The notes beneath the pieces were generated by a model, which was not told the origin of the DNA, did not search any database, and saw only the letters and a program-made list of their open reading frames with translations. Position numbers and translations under genes: made by a program. 41,539 nucleotides of DNA, from IMG/VR virus record IMGVR_UViG_3300048589_000132, positions 1-41,539 of that record. One strand, given 5' to 3'. Of this stretch, positions 25,659-34,329 are shown piece after piece. The stretch is from a virus (taxonomy: Duplodnaviria > Caudoviricetes). Each line of letters starts with the position of its first letter. The first letter of the stretch is position 1.

Positions 25659-26641
25659 TATATGGACTCGTAGGCTTCAATCCATTTATCAATATGCTTT
25701 GCTAGGCTAAACCTCTGTGTGACCCTTGAATAAGTAGCTGTGCCTATATCTTCTCTTAGAGCCTGACTTACAATTAGATTGCGTAAGCACTGATACCAAT
25801 GATCCTCAGTGTAAGCGATTAGTGCGTAGCGAGGCTCGATTCCCCTTAACTGATAGACCGTGTTGGAGTAAACACCTGGTATTTTCGCAACTGAATACTC
25901 CTGCCACTTGATGTTAGATTTACACTTGTTGAACTCCGTGTCGGCGAGAGGTGCAATGCCAATATCCAATCTAAGACTGTGAAGCTTTGCCGGCCACACT
26001 TCAAACGGCACACCCACCATGTTTTCCACAGGGCATCCGTCAAATAGTTCGCCCACCCTAGGATCACCAACAAACACAAGCTGTAGATTTTTAAATTCCT
26101 TACACAGTCTCTTGAGAGGATTAACCACCAGTTTAAGATCGTTTATATGCGTGATACTCCCCGCCCACCCTATTCTTATTTTGTCCGATGTGTTTTGATA
26201 CTTAGGTAAGTCCCACCTTTCAAGATCGATATAGTTTGGTAGCACTACTACGTTGTCATTGTATTTCCGCAATTTTTCCGCAAGGTACGGAGTTGTGGTT
26301 GTGATCAAGTCGGCTATCTGCATTGTGATCTTTATGACCTCGGAAGCGTTGGTCATTTCGTGTTCGGCTTTGTGAGGGTTGTCGTCTGTTATCTCAAGCG
26401 CATCGTCTGCGTCTACAACGATCCTTTTGTCCTTTTCTTGTTGGTAGGCGTGAAGTAGTGCTATGCCCTCCTTATCTACCACAGACTGTAAAACATAAAT
26501 GTCTGCCCATCTTGCAACCTCATCGTCTATCCCTGTTGTTACGACCCTTGCGTGATGACCTTTGCGTAATAAATACTTAGCTGGATCTTCAAGTCTCCAG
26601 TATCGACTGCCGCTAGGGTTTGGGAACAGTGCTATTTTCAT
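25655..26641 (-). CDS. GT-B fold glycosyltransferase (GT4-like)
   Basis: VDADD, TTTPYLAE, VLPNYID, IGWAGSITH, DIGIAPL....FNKCKSNIKWQEYS motifs. Confidence 0.85.
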   Translation of the reverse strand: MKIALFPNPSGSRYWRLEDPAKYLLRKGHHARVVTTGIDDEVARWADIYVLQSVVDKEGIALLHAYQQEKDKRIVVDADDALEITDDNPHKAEHEMTNASEVIKITMQIADLITTTTPYLAEKLRKYNDNVVVLPNYIDLERWDLPKYQNTSDKIRIGWAGSITHINDLKLVVNPLKRLCKEFKNLQLVFVGDPRVGELFDGCPVENMVGVPFEVWPAKLHSLRLDIGIAPLADTEFNKCKSNIKWQEYSVAKIPGVYSNTVYQLRGIEPRYALIAYTEDHWYQCLRNLIVSQALREDIGTATYSRVTQRFSLAKHIDKWIEAYESIY

Positions 26642-27252
26642 TCGATAAAATCAGTGATAAATCGCCACTCCGTATCTTCGGGCAAGCGTAGGATGTTTAG
26701 AAGATTGTCATTGAGGTTGTTTGCACTCGGTAAACCCATGTGGCCGTGTAGTTTCAAGACTTCTGTCTTCTCGTTCCAAAACGGCTCGTCAATCGAATGA
26801 CTCCACTTGTAATATCGTTTGGGCGTTATCATCTCGGGCTGGTTACGATCTACTGCTCCCCACCATCCATTTTCGTCTAGTACGTCAACCACGTCTTGAT
26901 TCCATAGCCAGTAAGGAGCACAAAAACCTTTCTCGTATGGGAGTTCGTCTTTGGCAAACTGCTCGTCTATTGCCTTCAAGACCATTTGCATTGTTTCCCT
27001 GTCACAGTGCTCAAACTCTCTCGGCAGGTGCGTGAGTCCGTGAGGGATTATTTGCATCCAGTCTAGGTTCTTGTGTATTTCTTCTAAGGCTTTGTCTCGA
27101 AAGAGCCTGTTTCTTGATGTCTCGGATTCAATGTCGAGGGGTATTGTAAAGAGGGATATTTTAAAAGTAGGATAGTGTTCTTTGATTGTCTTTAGAGCAC
27201 TCAGGTTGTTGTTTATCACACTGAAATCGTGCAGATCAATACTTGCTTTCAT
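26638..27252 (-). CDS. Polysaccharide deacetylase-like (NodB/CE4 fold) protein
   Basis: DLHDF, SLFTIP, IPHGLTH, GFCAPYW, LHGH motifs. Confidence 0.7.
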   Translation of the reverse strand: MKASIDLHDFSVINNNLSALKTIKEHYPTFKISLFTIPLDIESETSRNRLFRDKALEEIHKNLDWMQIIPHGLTHLPREFEHCDRETMQMVLKAIDEQFAKDELPYEKGFCAPYWLWNQDVVDVLDENGWWGAVDRNQPEMITPKRYYKWSHSIDEPFWNEKTEVLKLHGHMGLPSANNLNDNLLNILRLPEDTEWRFITDFIE

Positions 27253-29138
27253 ATATCGGCTATTAAGACATATTCTCGCTCCATACGGTTTAGTTCCTCT
27301 TTGTGAATGATAGTAGAGTCAGAAAACAGCTCGTCTAATTGATTCGTACTCGTAAAGGGGTTGGTATGGGCTGGATTGTTTGTTGCGTTCTCAATCGGTA
27401 CGACAATTATCACCCTCCTTGCGACTCTCTTAATCTCCGCCACAGCCTTCTTCGCATCACTGCTGTGTTCCAGTGTGTGTGAACAGAATACCGTGTCAAA
27501 CTCCTTATCCTTAAAGGGTAACTCCTCCATTAGACCTTGTTTGACATTTAGTCCGTGTTCTCGGGCTTTTAATACCTTCTCTTCGGATATGTCCAGTCCT
27601 TGCGCCTCGTGTCCGAGCCTTCTAAGCTTTTCTATTCCGAGTCCGTCACCACAACCAAGGTCTAGCACTTTCCCTTTAATATATCCCTTGTACCTTTCGA
27701 TTGTGTCCTCAACTCTTTCGCCCCAAGGTGTACCCCTGCTGTTGGCCGACTCCCTCTCCTGTATTTCCTTGTAGGTTCTCTTGGGTCTAGTCGTCTTTTC
27801 AGACTTCCTTCTCTCGAAGTAATCGGGGTATCGTTTAAGTTGTCCTTCCGTACCGTCTATGTGTTCACAAAAGTAATTCTCCAGATATCCCATTCCGTAG
27901 CCTTTGGATAGTAAGTATCTGGATAGTTCAAGGTCTTGTAATCCGTGCAAGAAACTCCCCTCGTCCCACCTGAAATCATCGTAAGCCTTGGCACTCACAA
28001 AGTGGCATATCCCGCCCAGATGCTCTGTCATTCCCAAAAGCTCACCCTTAATCTGTCCATAGCCTATTCTTGGTGCTCCACCTGGATTGTCTCTTAACCC
28101 CTGCACGTAACACGACAAAGCTAACATGTGATTTGATTCCCATATCTCGACCATTCTCTTTAACCACCCATCGGTAAGAAACAAACAATCGTTGTCAACT
28201 TTCATAATGATGTCGTAGTCTGTGCCGATTAGTTTGAGGGCTTGATTGGATGCGATAGAAATACCCTTGTTTTCGGGGTTTACGATGAAGTTACCGAAAT
28301 TGTCTAAGATGTATTCGTGCGTCCCATCGGTTGATCCGTTGTCGATAACGAAATGATCGTACGGGTAACCTGCCGTGTCTTTCAAACTCTTGAAGCACTT
28401 GTTGGTGTACTCTAGCCTGTCGTAGGTTATTGAGAAGATCGCAACCTTAGGCTTTTCGGGCTTCTTGCCTAAGTACGGTAACCGTATCTCGCAATCTACC
28501 GAGTCCCACAAATCAACTGGTTTGTTCTCTGAAAGCATACCGTCTGAGTGAATGTGATATTCGGTTATGATTGCGCGTACGTGATTGAAAGTGAACCCCG
28601 CCTTGGCCAATCTGACATACAGATTCCAGTCGAGAAGCCTCTTATACCTTTCATCCCAACCACCGATGTATTCGATTGCCTCTCGTCTAATCAGTGAATC
28701 GGATGTGTCGATATAGTTGGTATTCATTAAAGTCATGGGGTTGTAATCGCTGTTTATGCCGACATCCCTTTTACCCGTAGACTCATTGACCCTCATCCTG
28801 TCCCCATAAGACACATCGAAGCCGTCAATAGCTTTTAAAAGCACCGCTAGATGATCGGGTCTGTAAACATTATCGTCATCAAGAAACGCAAGATACTTGC
28901 CATTGGATTCTCTGACCCCCCGATTCTTCACTACTCCGTGATTACCCGAGTTCTTGTCTAATCTGAAGTATTTGATTCGCGGGTCTTTGAATCCCTTGAC
29001 GACTTTAGTGGTGTCATCAGTAGATGCGTCATCAACAATAATCAACTCCCACTCTTCGTAGGTTTGGTTGATAACCGACTGAATAGCCCCTGTGAGCCTC
29101 CCAGATCGATTGTAAGAGCTGATAATTACTGATATCAA
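27249..29138 (-). CDS. Fusion protein: two GT2 glycosyltransferase domains plus a class I SAM methyltransferase
   Basis: ISVIISSYNR..IVDDASTD..AFLDDDN; second ITYDRLEY..IDNGSTDG..KVDND; VLDLGCGDG...FDTVFCSHTLEH. Confidence 0.9.
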   Translation of the reverse strand: MISVIISSYNRSGRLTGAIQSVINQTYEEWELIIVDDASTDDTTKVVKGFKDPRIKYFRLDKNSGNHGVVKNRGVRESNGKYLAFLDDDNVYRPDHLAVLLKAIDGFDVSYGDRMRVNESTGKRDVGINSDYNPMTLMNTNYIDTSDSLIRREAIEYIGGWDERYKRLLDWNLYVRLAKAGFTFNHVRAIITEYHIHSDGMLSENKPVDLWDSVDCEIRLPYLGKKPEKPKVAIFSITYDRLEYTNKCFKSLKDTAGYPYDHFVIDNGSTDGTHEYILDNFGNFIVNPENKGISIASNQALKLIGTDYDIIMKVDNDCLFLTDGWLKRMVEIWESNHMLALSCYVQGLRDNPGGAPRIGYGQIKGELLGMTEHLGGICHFVSAKAYDDFRWDEGSFLHGLQDLELSRYLLSKGYGMGYLENYFCEHIDGTEGQLKRYPDYFERRKSEKTTRPKRTYKEIQERESANSRGTPWGERVEDTIERYKGYIKGKVLDLGCGDGLGIEKLRRLGHEAQGLDISEEKVLKAREHGLNVKQGLMEELPFKDKEFDTVFCSHTLEHSSDAKKAVAEIKRVARRVIIVVPIENATNNPAHTNPFTSTNQLDELFSDSTIIHKEELNRMEREYVLIADI

Positions 29139-29680
29139 TGGAATATGCCTAATACGTCTGAAAACTGCATAAATTTATATTTCTCTCCTTTAAGCTCTAT
29201 CTCGATCCCTGCACCACGTTTATAAAATATTTTGTCGCCAACCTTACAAGGGCTTTGGACTGTGTAGCCGGTAGCAAGTAGCTGCCCACTACCCACACCG
29301 ACTACATAGCCCGAATTGTCCGGTAATTCACTACCAGATATGTAAATACCAGACTGCGTTTTGTTTTCCTTCTGATCCCTCTCTACAAGAATGTAGCCAG
29401 GTGCGGGGGTCATGTAATCATCAAACTTTCCCGCATCTCGAAGTTTGTCTGTGATTGAATCCAGCTTTTGTTTTTCTTCTTTTAGTTGTTTACGCTTCCA
29501 GTTGGGTTTGTCTTTTAAAATGGAGCTCTTGCGGTCTCGTTCCCAGTCGTGGGCTTTCTTGTTACTCTTGGTCTCTTTGGTTCTCTCGTCGTCAAATGCC
29601 TCTGCTGCCTTTTTTGCTTTAACTGAATCGTCTGAAGTTAGATCTTTTTCGTAACGTTTCCATGTCGGATCGTAGGGCAT
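29135..29680 (-). CDS. groES: GroES/Cpn10-like co-chaperonin with a charged N-terminal extension
   Basis: PAPGYILVE...TQSGIYI...GYVVGVGSG...CKVGDKIFY..GAGIEIEL.GEKY.FM..SDVLGI. Confidence 0.8.
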   Translation of the reverse strand: MPYDPTWKRYEKDLTSDDSVKAKKAAEAFDDERTKETKSNKKAHDWERDRKSSILKDKPNWKRKQLKEEKQKLDSITDKLRDAGKFDDYMTPAPGYILVERDQKENKTQSGIYISGSELPDNSGYVVGVGSGQLLATGYTVQSPCKVGDKIFYKRGAGIEIELKGEKYKFMQFSDVLGIFH

Positions 29681-29724
29681 ACCGCGATAGTAACATACTG
29701 ATTATGTCAATTTCAAATACCACT

Positions 29725-29747
29725 AAAAAACCCCTCGCGAGAGGGGC
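29725..29747 (-). terminator. Intrinsic terminator after the major capsid gene
   Basis: GCCCCTC-tcgc-GAGGGG-T6 on the minus strand. Confidence 0.8.
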
Positions 29748-29770
29748 TTTTAGCTACAAACAGATCGACA

Positions 29771-30748
29771 TTAAGCTGTAGAGCTTACTGTGCTGTGCGT
29801 GTTAACCATGAAAGCACTGTTCAAAGCTTGCGCTCCGAAAGTTGTCTTCCATCCTGCTGTTGCTACTTTGTCGGTAGGGTCGGCTGATCCTGCGCTTCCG
29901 AATCCTTTGACGTAAGTCTTTAGATTTTGAAGATCAGTTACACCGAATGCGTCTCTACCAAAGAACGAAGTTACATAGATAGATCCAGATGCGGTTACGC
30001 CTGAGCCTCTGACATAAGCATTTGACGAAGACAGGAATCTAACACCCATAAGCTTGCCTGCTTCACCCGTCATGAGTTTAGAGGCGTTGCCATCGGTGTA
30101 TTTGTTAGCGTCTATCCAGCCACCAGTTGTGGTGTCTGCCTGAAGATCGTAAAGAACGTCAGGATGTATAACTGCTACCCATGATCCGTCTGCCTGTTCA
30201 AATGCGTCGTTGCGTTGCAGTGTCCTGTTGGCTCTTCTAACCGAAGCGATATTGAACGTTGCTGTAGCAGGGATAGATGTCCATGCTGCGGCCGCGATTG
30301 CTCCAGTGGGTTCATTAAATGTACCTGCTGTTGAAACTGCGTTTCGTACAATCGTATCGATAGAGAGTCCAGCATTGTAAGCAAGTCGTTCAATTGCTGC
30401 TTTCATCACATCTCCGAAGGAAGTATAAGCTGCCAAATCAGAGATAGAGACTGCTGCGTCATATTGAGCGGTTGATCCGGTTACGTTGGTTGCGGTCATA
30501 GAGACTGCTGTCGTTGGTACACCTTCACCTTGTCCCGCTGACACGAGTGGAAGATTAGACCATTTTGTCCAGTACACGACTCCAGTTCCGTAGCCACCTT
30601 CACCTTTTTCAACTTTTCTGTTCAATTGACCTAGTTGCTTGTGAACGAGTTTGCTTTCTGCAATTCTCAAAAACAATTGGTCGTAATAACGACTCTTGAT
30701 TGCCTCAGAGATTGTGCTTGTTAACGATTTTGCTGAGTCTGTTGCCAT
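29771..30748 (-). CDS. Major capsid protein (HK97 fold, N4-gp56-like)
   Basis: GEGVP, AQYDAAVSISD, AVIHPDVLYDL, GEAGKLMGVRF, DPTDKVATAGWK; strong SD GGAGGTGA. Confidence 0.88.
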   Translation of the reverse strand: MATDSAKSLTSTISEAIKSRYYDQLFLRIAESKLVHKQLGQLNRKVEKGEGGYGTGVVYWTKWSNLPLVSAGQGEGVPTTAVSMTATNVTGSTAQYDAAVSISDLAAYTSFGDVMKAAIERLAYNAGLSIDTIVRNAVSTAGTFNEPTGAIAAAAWTSIPATATFNIASVRRANRTLQRNDAFEQADGSWVAVIHPDVLYDLQADTTTGGWIDANKYTDGNASKLMTGEAGKLMGVRFLSSSNAYVRGSGVTASGSIYVTSFFGRDAFGVTDLQNLKTYVKGFGSAGSADPTDKVATAGWKTTFGAQALNSAFMVNTHSTVSSTA

Positions 30749-30773
30749 AATTTAATCACCTCCTTTTGAAACG

Positions 30774-31529
30774 TTACCACTGTCCGATTTTCTTCAGGTA
30801 CGCTTCCATTGCCTGATCATCGTTCGATTCAAGAACTTTCTCCGCATCGGATTCTATTGAACCCTTTGACTGGACTCGGCTAGTGATACCGGTATCAGAA
30901 CGAATGGATTTCTCCGTCTGTGCGTCAATCTTTACCTTTGCTTGTTTACCCGCGATCTCTTTCGCCATCTTCACGGCTTCTCTTCCTGCTTGAAGAGGAG
31001 TCATGCCAGGATTTGCTTTTAAAATGTGCGCACCCAAGCGATCAAGTTCGGGCGAGTAATCGGGGTTTGTAGGTGTCCCGTCCTCGTCAAACTTAGGATC
31101 AAATTGAGGCAGTTCCATTTTGAGTTCCAATAGATCTGCTTTGGATGGTTGATAACCTACAGGTTGTTGATTGCCAATGCTCTCAGTGTCAACTGATTGT
31201 GTTTTAGGCTTGGAAGTTTGTAACTTCCTTTCTGCCTCCTTTAATTGAGCGTATACTTTCTTAAACCTGTCCTCAGGAACATACCTTTTACCTGTTTCGT
31301 CCTCAGCGTGTTGCGATTCCTCGCTTTCAGATTCTTCTTCCGAAGATTGGGTATCTTCTTCTAAAGCCTCCGCCGACTTCTCTGCCGTTTCTGATTCGTC
31401 CACAGTGTTTTCTTCTTGAGTTGCCGTTGTCTCAGTGGAAGTTTCCTCTTCCAGTTGTCCCTCTTCATCAGTCACCTGATGCTCGTTGAGGGCTGCGGCT
31501 AATTCGTCTAATGAGCTAATATTGCTCAC
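30774..31529 (-). CDS. Capsid scaffolding protein (start may be ATT at 31520)
   Basis: Acidic disordered N-terminus, YVPEDRFKKV coiled coil, directly upstream of the capsid gene. Confidence 0.75.
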   Translation of the reverse strand: MSNISSLDELAAALNEHQVTDEEGQLEEETSTETTATQEENTVDESETAEKSAEALEEDTQSSEEESESEESQHAEDETGKRYVPEDRFKKVYAQLKEAERKLQTSKPKTQSVDTESIGNQQPVGYQPSKADLLELKMELPQFDPKFDEDGTPTNPDYSPELDRLGAHILKANPGMTPLQAGREAVKMAKEIAGKQAKVKIDAQTEKSIRSDTGITSRVQSKGSIESDAEKVLESNDDQAMEAYLKKIGQW

Positions 31530-31604
31530 CCCCTTTCTTGCAAGGTTTTTAAGTTAAACCCAGAAACTCCCTATTGCATGGTTTTAATGTCCATGAACAT
31601 AGAC

Positions 31605-31883
31605 CTAATGGGTCTGGATGAGGTTGTCCCCCTCCACACCCCTCAAGTCGATTATTCTCTCTTCGTGTACTCGGTAGTAACCCGCTAGTTTCGTCCCCCA
31701 AGGACAAAACTTGCAGTTTATCGTGCCGTCATGGTTGTCAATGTACCCCTTATGCGATTTCCAATTTTCCCTAGTATGCGTAGTACATATTTCAATGGGT
31801 CTCGGCTTAAACTGATATGTTTGCGCTTCTTCCCAATATTCGTCCTCATTTGGTGGTAGATTGCTTATTTTTTTCGACTTCAT
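31605..31883 (-). CDS. Hypothetical protein with Cys/His motifs
   Basis: C-x2-H and CKFC; in the head operon. Confidence 0.6.
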   Translation of the reverse strand: MKSKKISNLPPNEDEYWEEAQTYQFKPRPIEICTTHTRENWKSHKGYIDNHDGTINCKFCPWGTKLAGYYRVHEERIIDLRGVEGDNLIQTH

Positions 31884-32148
31884 TTCTTGTCTGTTGTAAT
31901 GTTGAATCTACCTCTCCCATTAAAGCTCTAAGTCCAGCAACAAATCCTCTTGAATACTGATACTCCTCTTGGTTTTTAAATCCCTCAATGAGTGCTTTAT
32001 TGGTGAATAGCCTGATCTGATTTTGAATGTATGCGGTGATGTACTCCCAGCCCCTTATCCTCACTAGCTCCTCAAATGCCGACCCACGTTCAAGCATTTC
32101 GTTTAAGGCTTTCTGCCTCGCTTCAGTATTGCGCTGGTTGTTGTCCAT
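31846..32148 (-). CDS. Small helical protein downstream of the portal
   Basis: RGWEYI...YSRG...GL pattern of portal-adjacent small proteins. Confidence 0.6.
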   Translation of the reverse strand: MDNNQRNTEARQKALNEMLERGSAFEELVRIRGWEYITAYIQNQIRLFTNKALIEGFKNQEEYQYSRGFVAGLRALMGEVDSTLQQTRNEVEKNKQSTTK

Positions 32149-34084
32149 TTTGTAAAGGATTTGCTAAAGGATTCCCCATCGGTTCTCCCAGAGCCATGTC
32201 CATTTCCTCCTGTCCCAGTGGTTGTGTTGCTGCGCCTCCTGTTGGGTCTTGTGGTTTCATTTCTTCAACAACATCATTCATCTCAATACCCAGATTCAAC
32301 TTGTCAAACAGTTTCTCGGTCAGACTTGAATAATTAAGTTTCTTGTTCTCCATCGCCAAGCCTTGCACCCAATCGGGGTCTTTAACCCTATCGAGTGCTA
32401 GGAAGAAGTTTTGCTCAAGGACAGTCGGATCCATAACCGCCTCGCTTGAAGTGGTTGCGATGAAATCATAATTGCCCACGATTGCGGGTTGTATATCTTC
32501 GGGAGACAAATTAAGGAAGGCGAAGTTACCGCCTTTGCCTATCTCCAGCTTAGACTTGCTGTCGTCACCTGGCACAATCGGCTCACCCTCCATTGTGGTT
32601 TGAGATAGATCGGTATTCTCTCTGAGTTGCCTTATCTTGTCTTTGCCGACAATCCTCACCTGTTGCTCTTCTGTGGTGAACTGTATACGCAAGTCCTTCC
32701 ATTGATTAGCGATCCTCTCGACAACCATGTGATTGAATAGCTGTATCTTTAACTTGAACTGTGCGTTTGCTTCTTGCTGAATTAGCCTTGTGCCGGTTGC
32801 TGTCTTGTTGGCTACGTTAGATTGATTGTCTATGCCTATGGTGTAGTCGGTGATACCGCTTCCGTTTTGAAGTGCGCTTGTTAGATAGTTCATGGTATTA
32901 ACAAACGTTCCGCCCGTTACGTCTGGAACTTGAAGCATCTCTACCGAACTCATGTCATCAGTTGAGACCACATTACCAGGTGCTGAGTACAGGGTATTAA
33001 GATCAACTCCCGAGTTCTTTTTGATCTTCCACATCGTGTTGAGTGTTAGCTGTACGTTGTCGAGCCTCTGATTCAGTACTGCATTGATAGCTCGTTGTAT
33101 ACGATCAATCGGTTCGATCTCCCCCATGCCATATAGTTCACCGGGATAGGGATAATCAACTCCATAGATAATTGGCAGCTCTCCATGAAAGTAGGGGTTC
33201 TCAACTTCTCGGATGATTAAGTTTCCGTATTCGGGAGCCACGAATACCCAAGATTCTCTGGTGTATCTGACAAGTATGGTGATGTCTGGATTGCTTTCAT
33301 CTTCACCCAGAAGCTCTTGGGTAGACAACATTGTGCGACGATGTTCCCTGTACTGAATCTGATCTGGTCTATCCCCACCCGATTTACTTTCCCTATTCTT
33401 GGCGTCAATTGCTTCTTCTAACTTATCTAAGTTCTTCCAGTATTCCATTCCCCTAGTGTCATTCTCTCGTTTCAACTCATCGAGTGTTTTAAAAGCACGA
33501 TAGATAAACCACCTCATGTTATCTAAGTGTGTGGCGTTGGGGTCTGGATAGCAATCGTAGATATTAAGCACCTCAAAGTTTGGCGCATCGTACTCTGTTA
33601 CTTTGATTATCTTTTTCTCTTTAGGAGTCCAGACGAGTCTGCCATTGAGTTTCTTTGGAACCATTTGGTATCTGTCGCGTTCTCTGAAATCCCAATATGT
33701 GCGACCAAATGAAGTACCGAAGATCAGCATAGATTTAACGTAGCGTACAAGCTTCTCGAACATATTCGCTTGATTCCAGTCGTATTTGATTAGCGCGTTT
33801 AGTATCTCGGCCGTGTTCTCGTCTGATGATTCTGCGGGGTAGAATGAACCCGTAGGCTCACTCGCTACCATGCGGGGCGTTATTGTTTCTATTACTCTAA
33901 ATATTCTCGGATCAAATACTTTAGCTCCGTGTGGATAATTTTCTTTGTCGAGGTATGTGCGGTACAGCTCCTCTTGGCTGTTCATTCTCTCGTGAATGGG
34001 ATCAAGATATCTCTTGGCCAACTGGAATTGTTCGTCTATCTCTTTCCCAAGTTCCTGCTCGTCCTTTGTGGTCTTGTATGGCAT
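32123..34084 (-). CDS. Portal protein (P22-like)
   Basis: AEILNALIKYDW, MLIFGTSF, YDCYPDP, ENPYFHGELP, YGMGEIE, KTATG; likely ATG at 34084. Confidence 0.88.
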   Translation of the reverse strand: MPYKTTKDEQELGKEIDEQFQLAKRYLDPIHERMNSQEELYRTYLDKENYPHGAKVFDPRIFRVIETITPRMVASEPTGSFYPAESSDENTAEILNALIKYDWNQANMFEKLVRYVKSMLIFGTSFGRTYWDFRERDRYQMVPKKLNGRLVWTPKEKKIIKVTEYDAPNFEVLNIYDCYPDPNATHLDNMRWFIYRAFKTLDELKRENDTRGMEYWKNLDKLEEAIDAKNRESKSGGDRPDQIQYREHRRTMLSTQELLGEDESNPDITILVRYTRESWVFVAPEYGNLIIREVENPYFHGELPIIYGVDYPYPGELYGMGEIEPIDRIQRAINAVLNQRLDNVQLTLNTMWKIKKNSGVDLNTLYSAPGNVVSTDDMSSVEMLQVPDVTGGTFVNTMNYLTSALQNGSGITDYTIGIDNQSNVANKTATGTRLIQQEANAQFKLKIQLFNHMVVERIANQWKDLRIQFTTEEQQVRIVGKDKIRQLRENTDLSQTTMEGEPIVPGDDSKSKLEIGKGGNFAFLNLSPEDIQPAIVGNYDFIATTSSEAVMDPTVLEQNFFLALDRVKDPDWVQGLAMENKKLNYSSLTEKLFDKLNLGIEMNDVVEEMKPQDPTGGAATQPLGQEEMDMALGEPMGNPLANPLQNGQQPAQY

Positions 34085-34119
34085 GTCAAATTTACTAATA
34101 TACTTTGCTAGACCTCGGG

Positions 34120-34329
34120 TCAAGTACGTGGCTTCAACCAGTGCTCACCTTTCCAAAAATCCATCTTCACTACTTCCCCTTCTCTAACCTCAATGCGTAT
34201 GTCGATTGTGCCAAATTGGATCTGTGTTGCCTCTTCTTCGATCTTGATAAGATGCGGTTTTGTGTCTTTTAAATGATTAGCCCACTCAACTGCCGTCATT
34301 TTAGTGTTACTGTCAATTTTTAGTTTCAT
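34120..34329 (-). CDS. YezD/DUF2292-like small protein
   Basis: IEEEATQIQFGTIDIRIEVREGEVVKMD resembles the (F/Y)G-x-(I/V)-x-I-x-V-x-x-G-x-V pattern of DUF2292. Confidence 0.5.
   Translation of the reverse strand: MKLKIDSNTKMTAVEWANHLKDTKPHLIKIEEEATQIQFGTIDIRIEVREGEVVKMDFWKGEHWLKPRT

Noticed and set aside
34085-34128. Hairpin ending G-CA-AAG between the DUF2292-like gene and the portal as another leader copy
   Set aside because: Does not give the 3-nt/CA internal loop with a lower stem, and no terminator follows; too weak to count.
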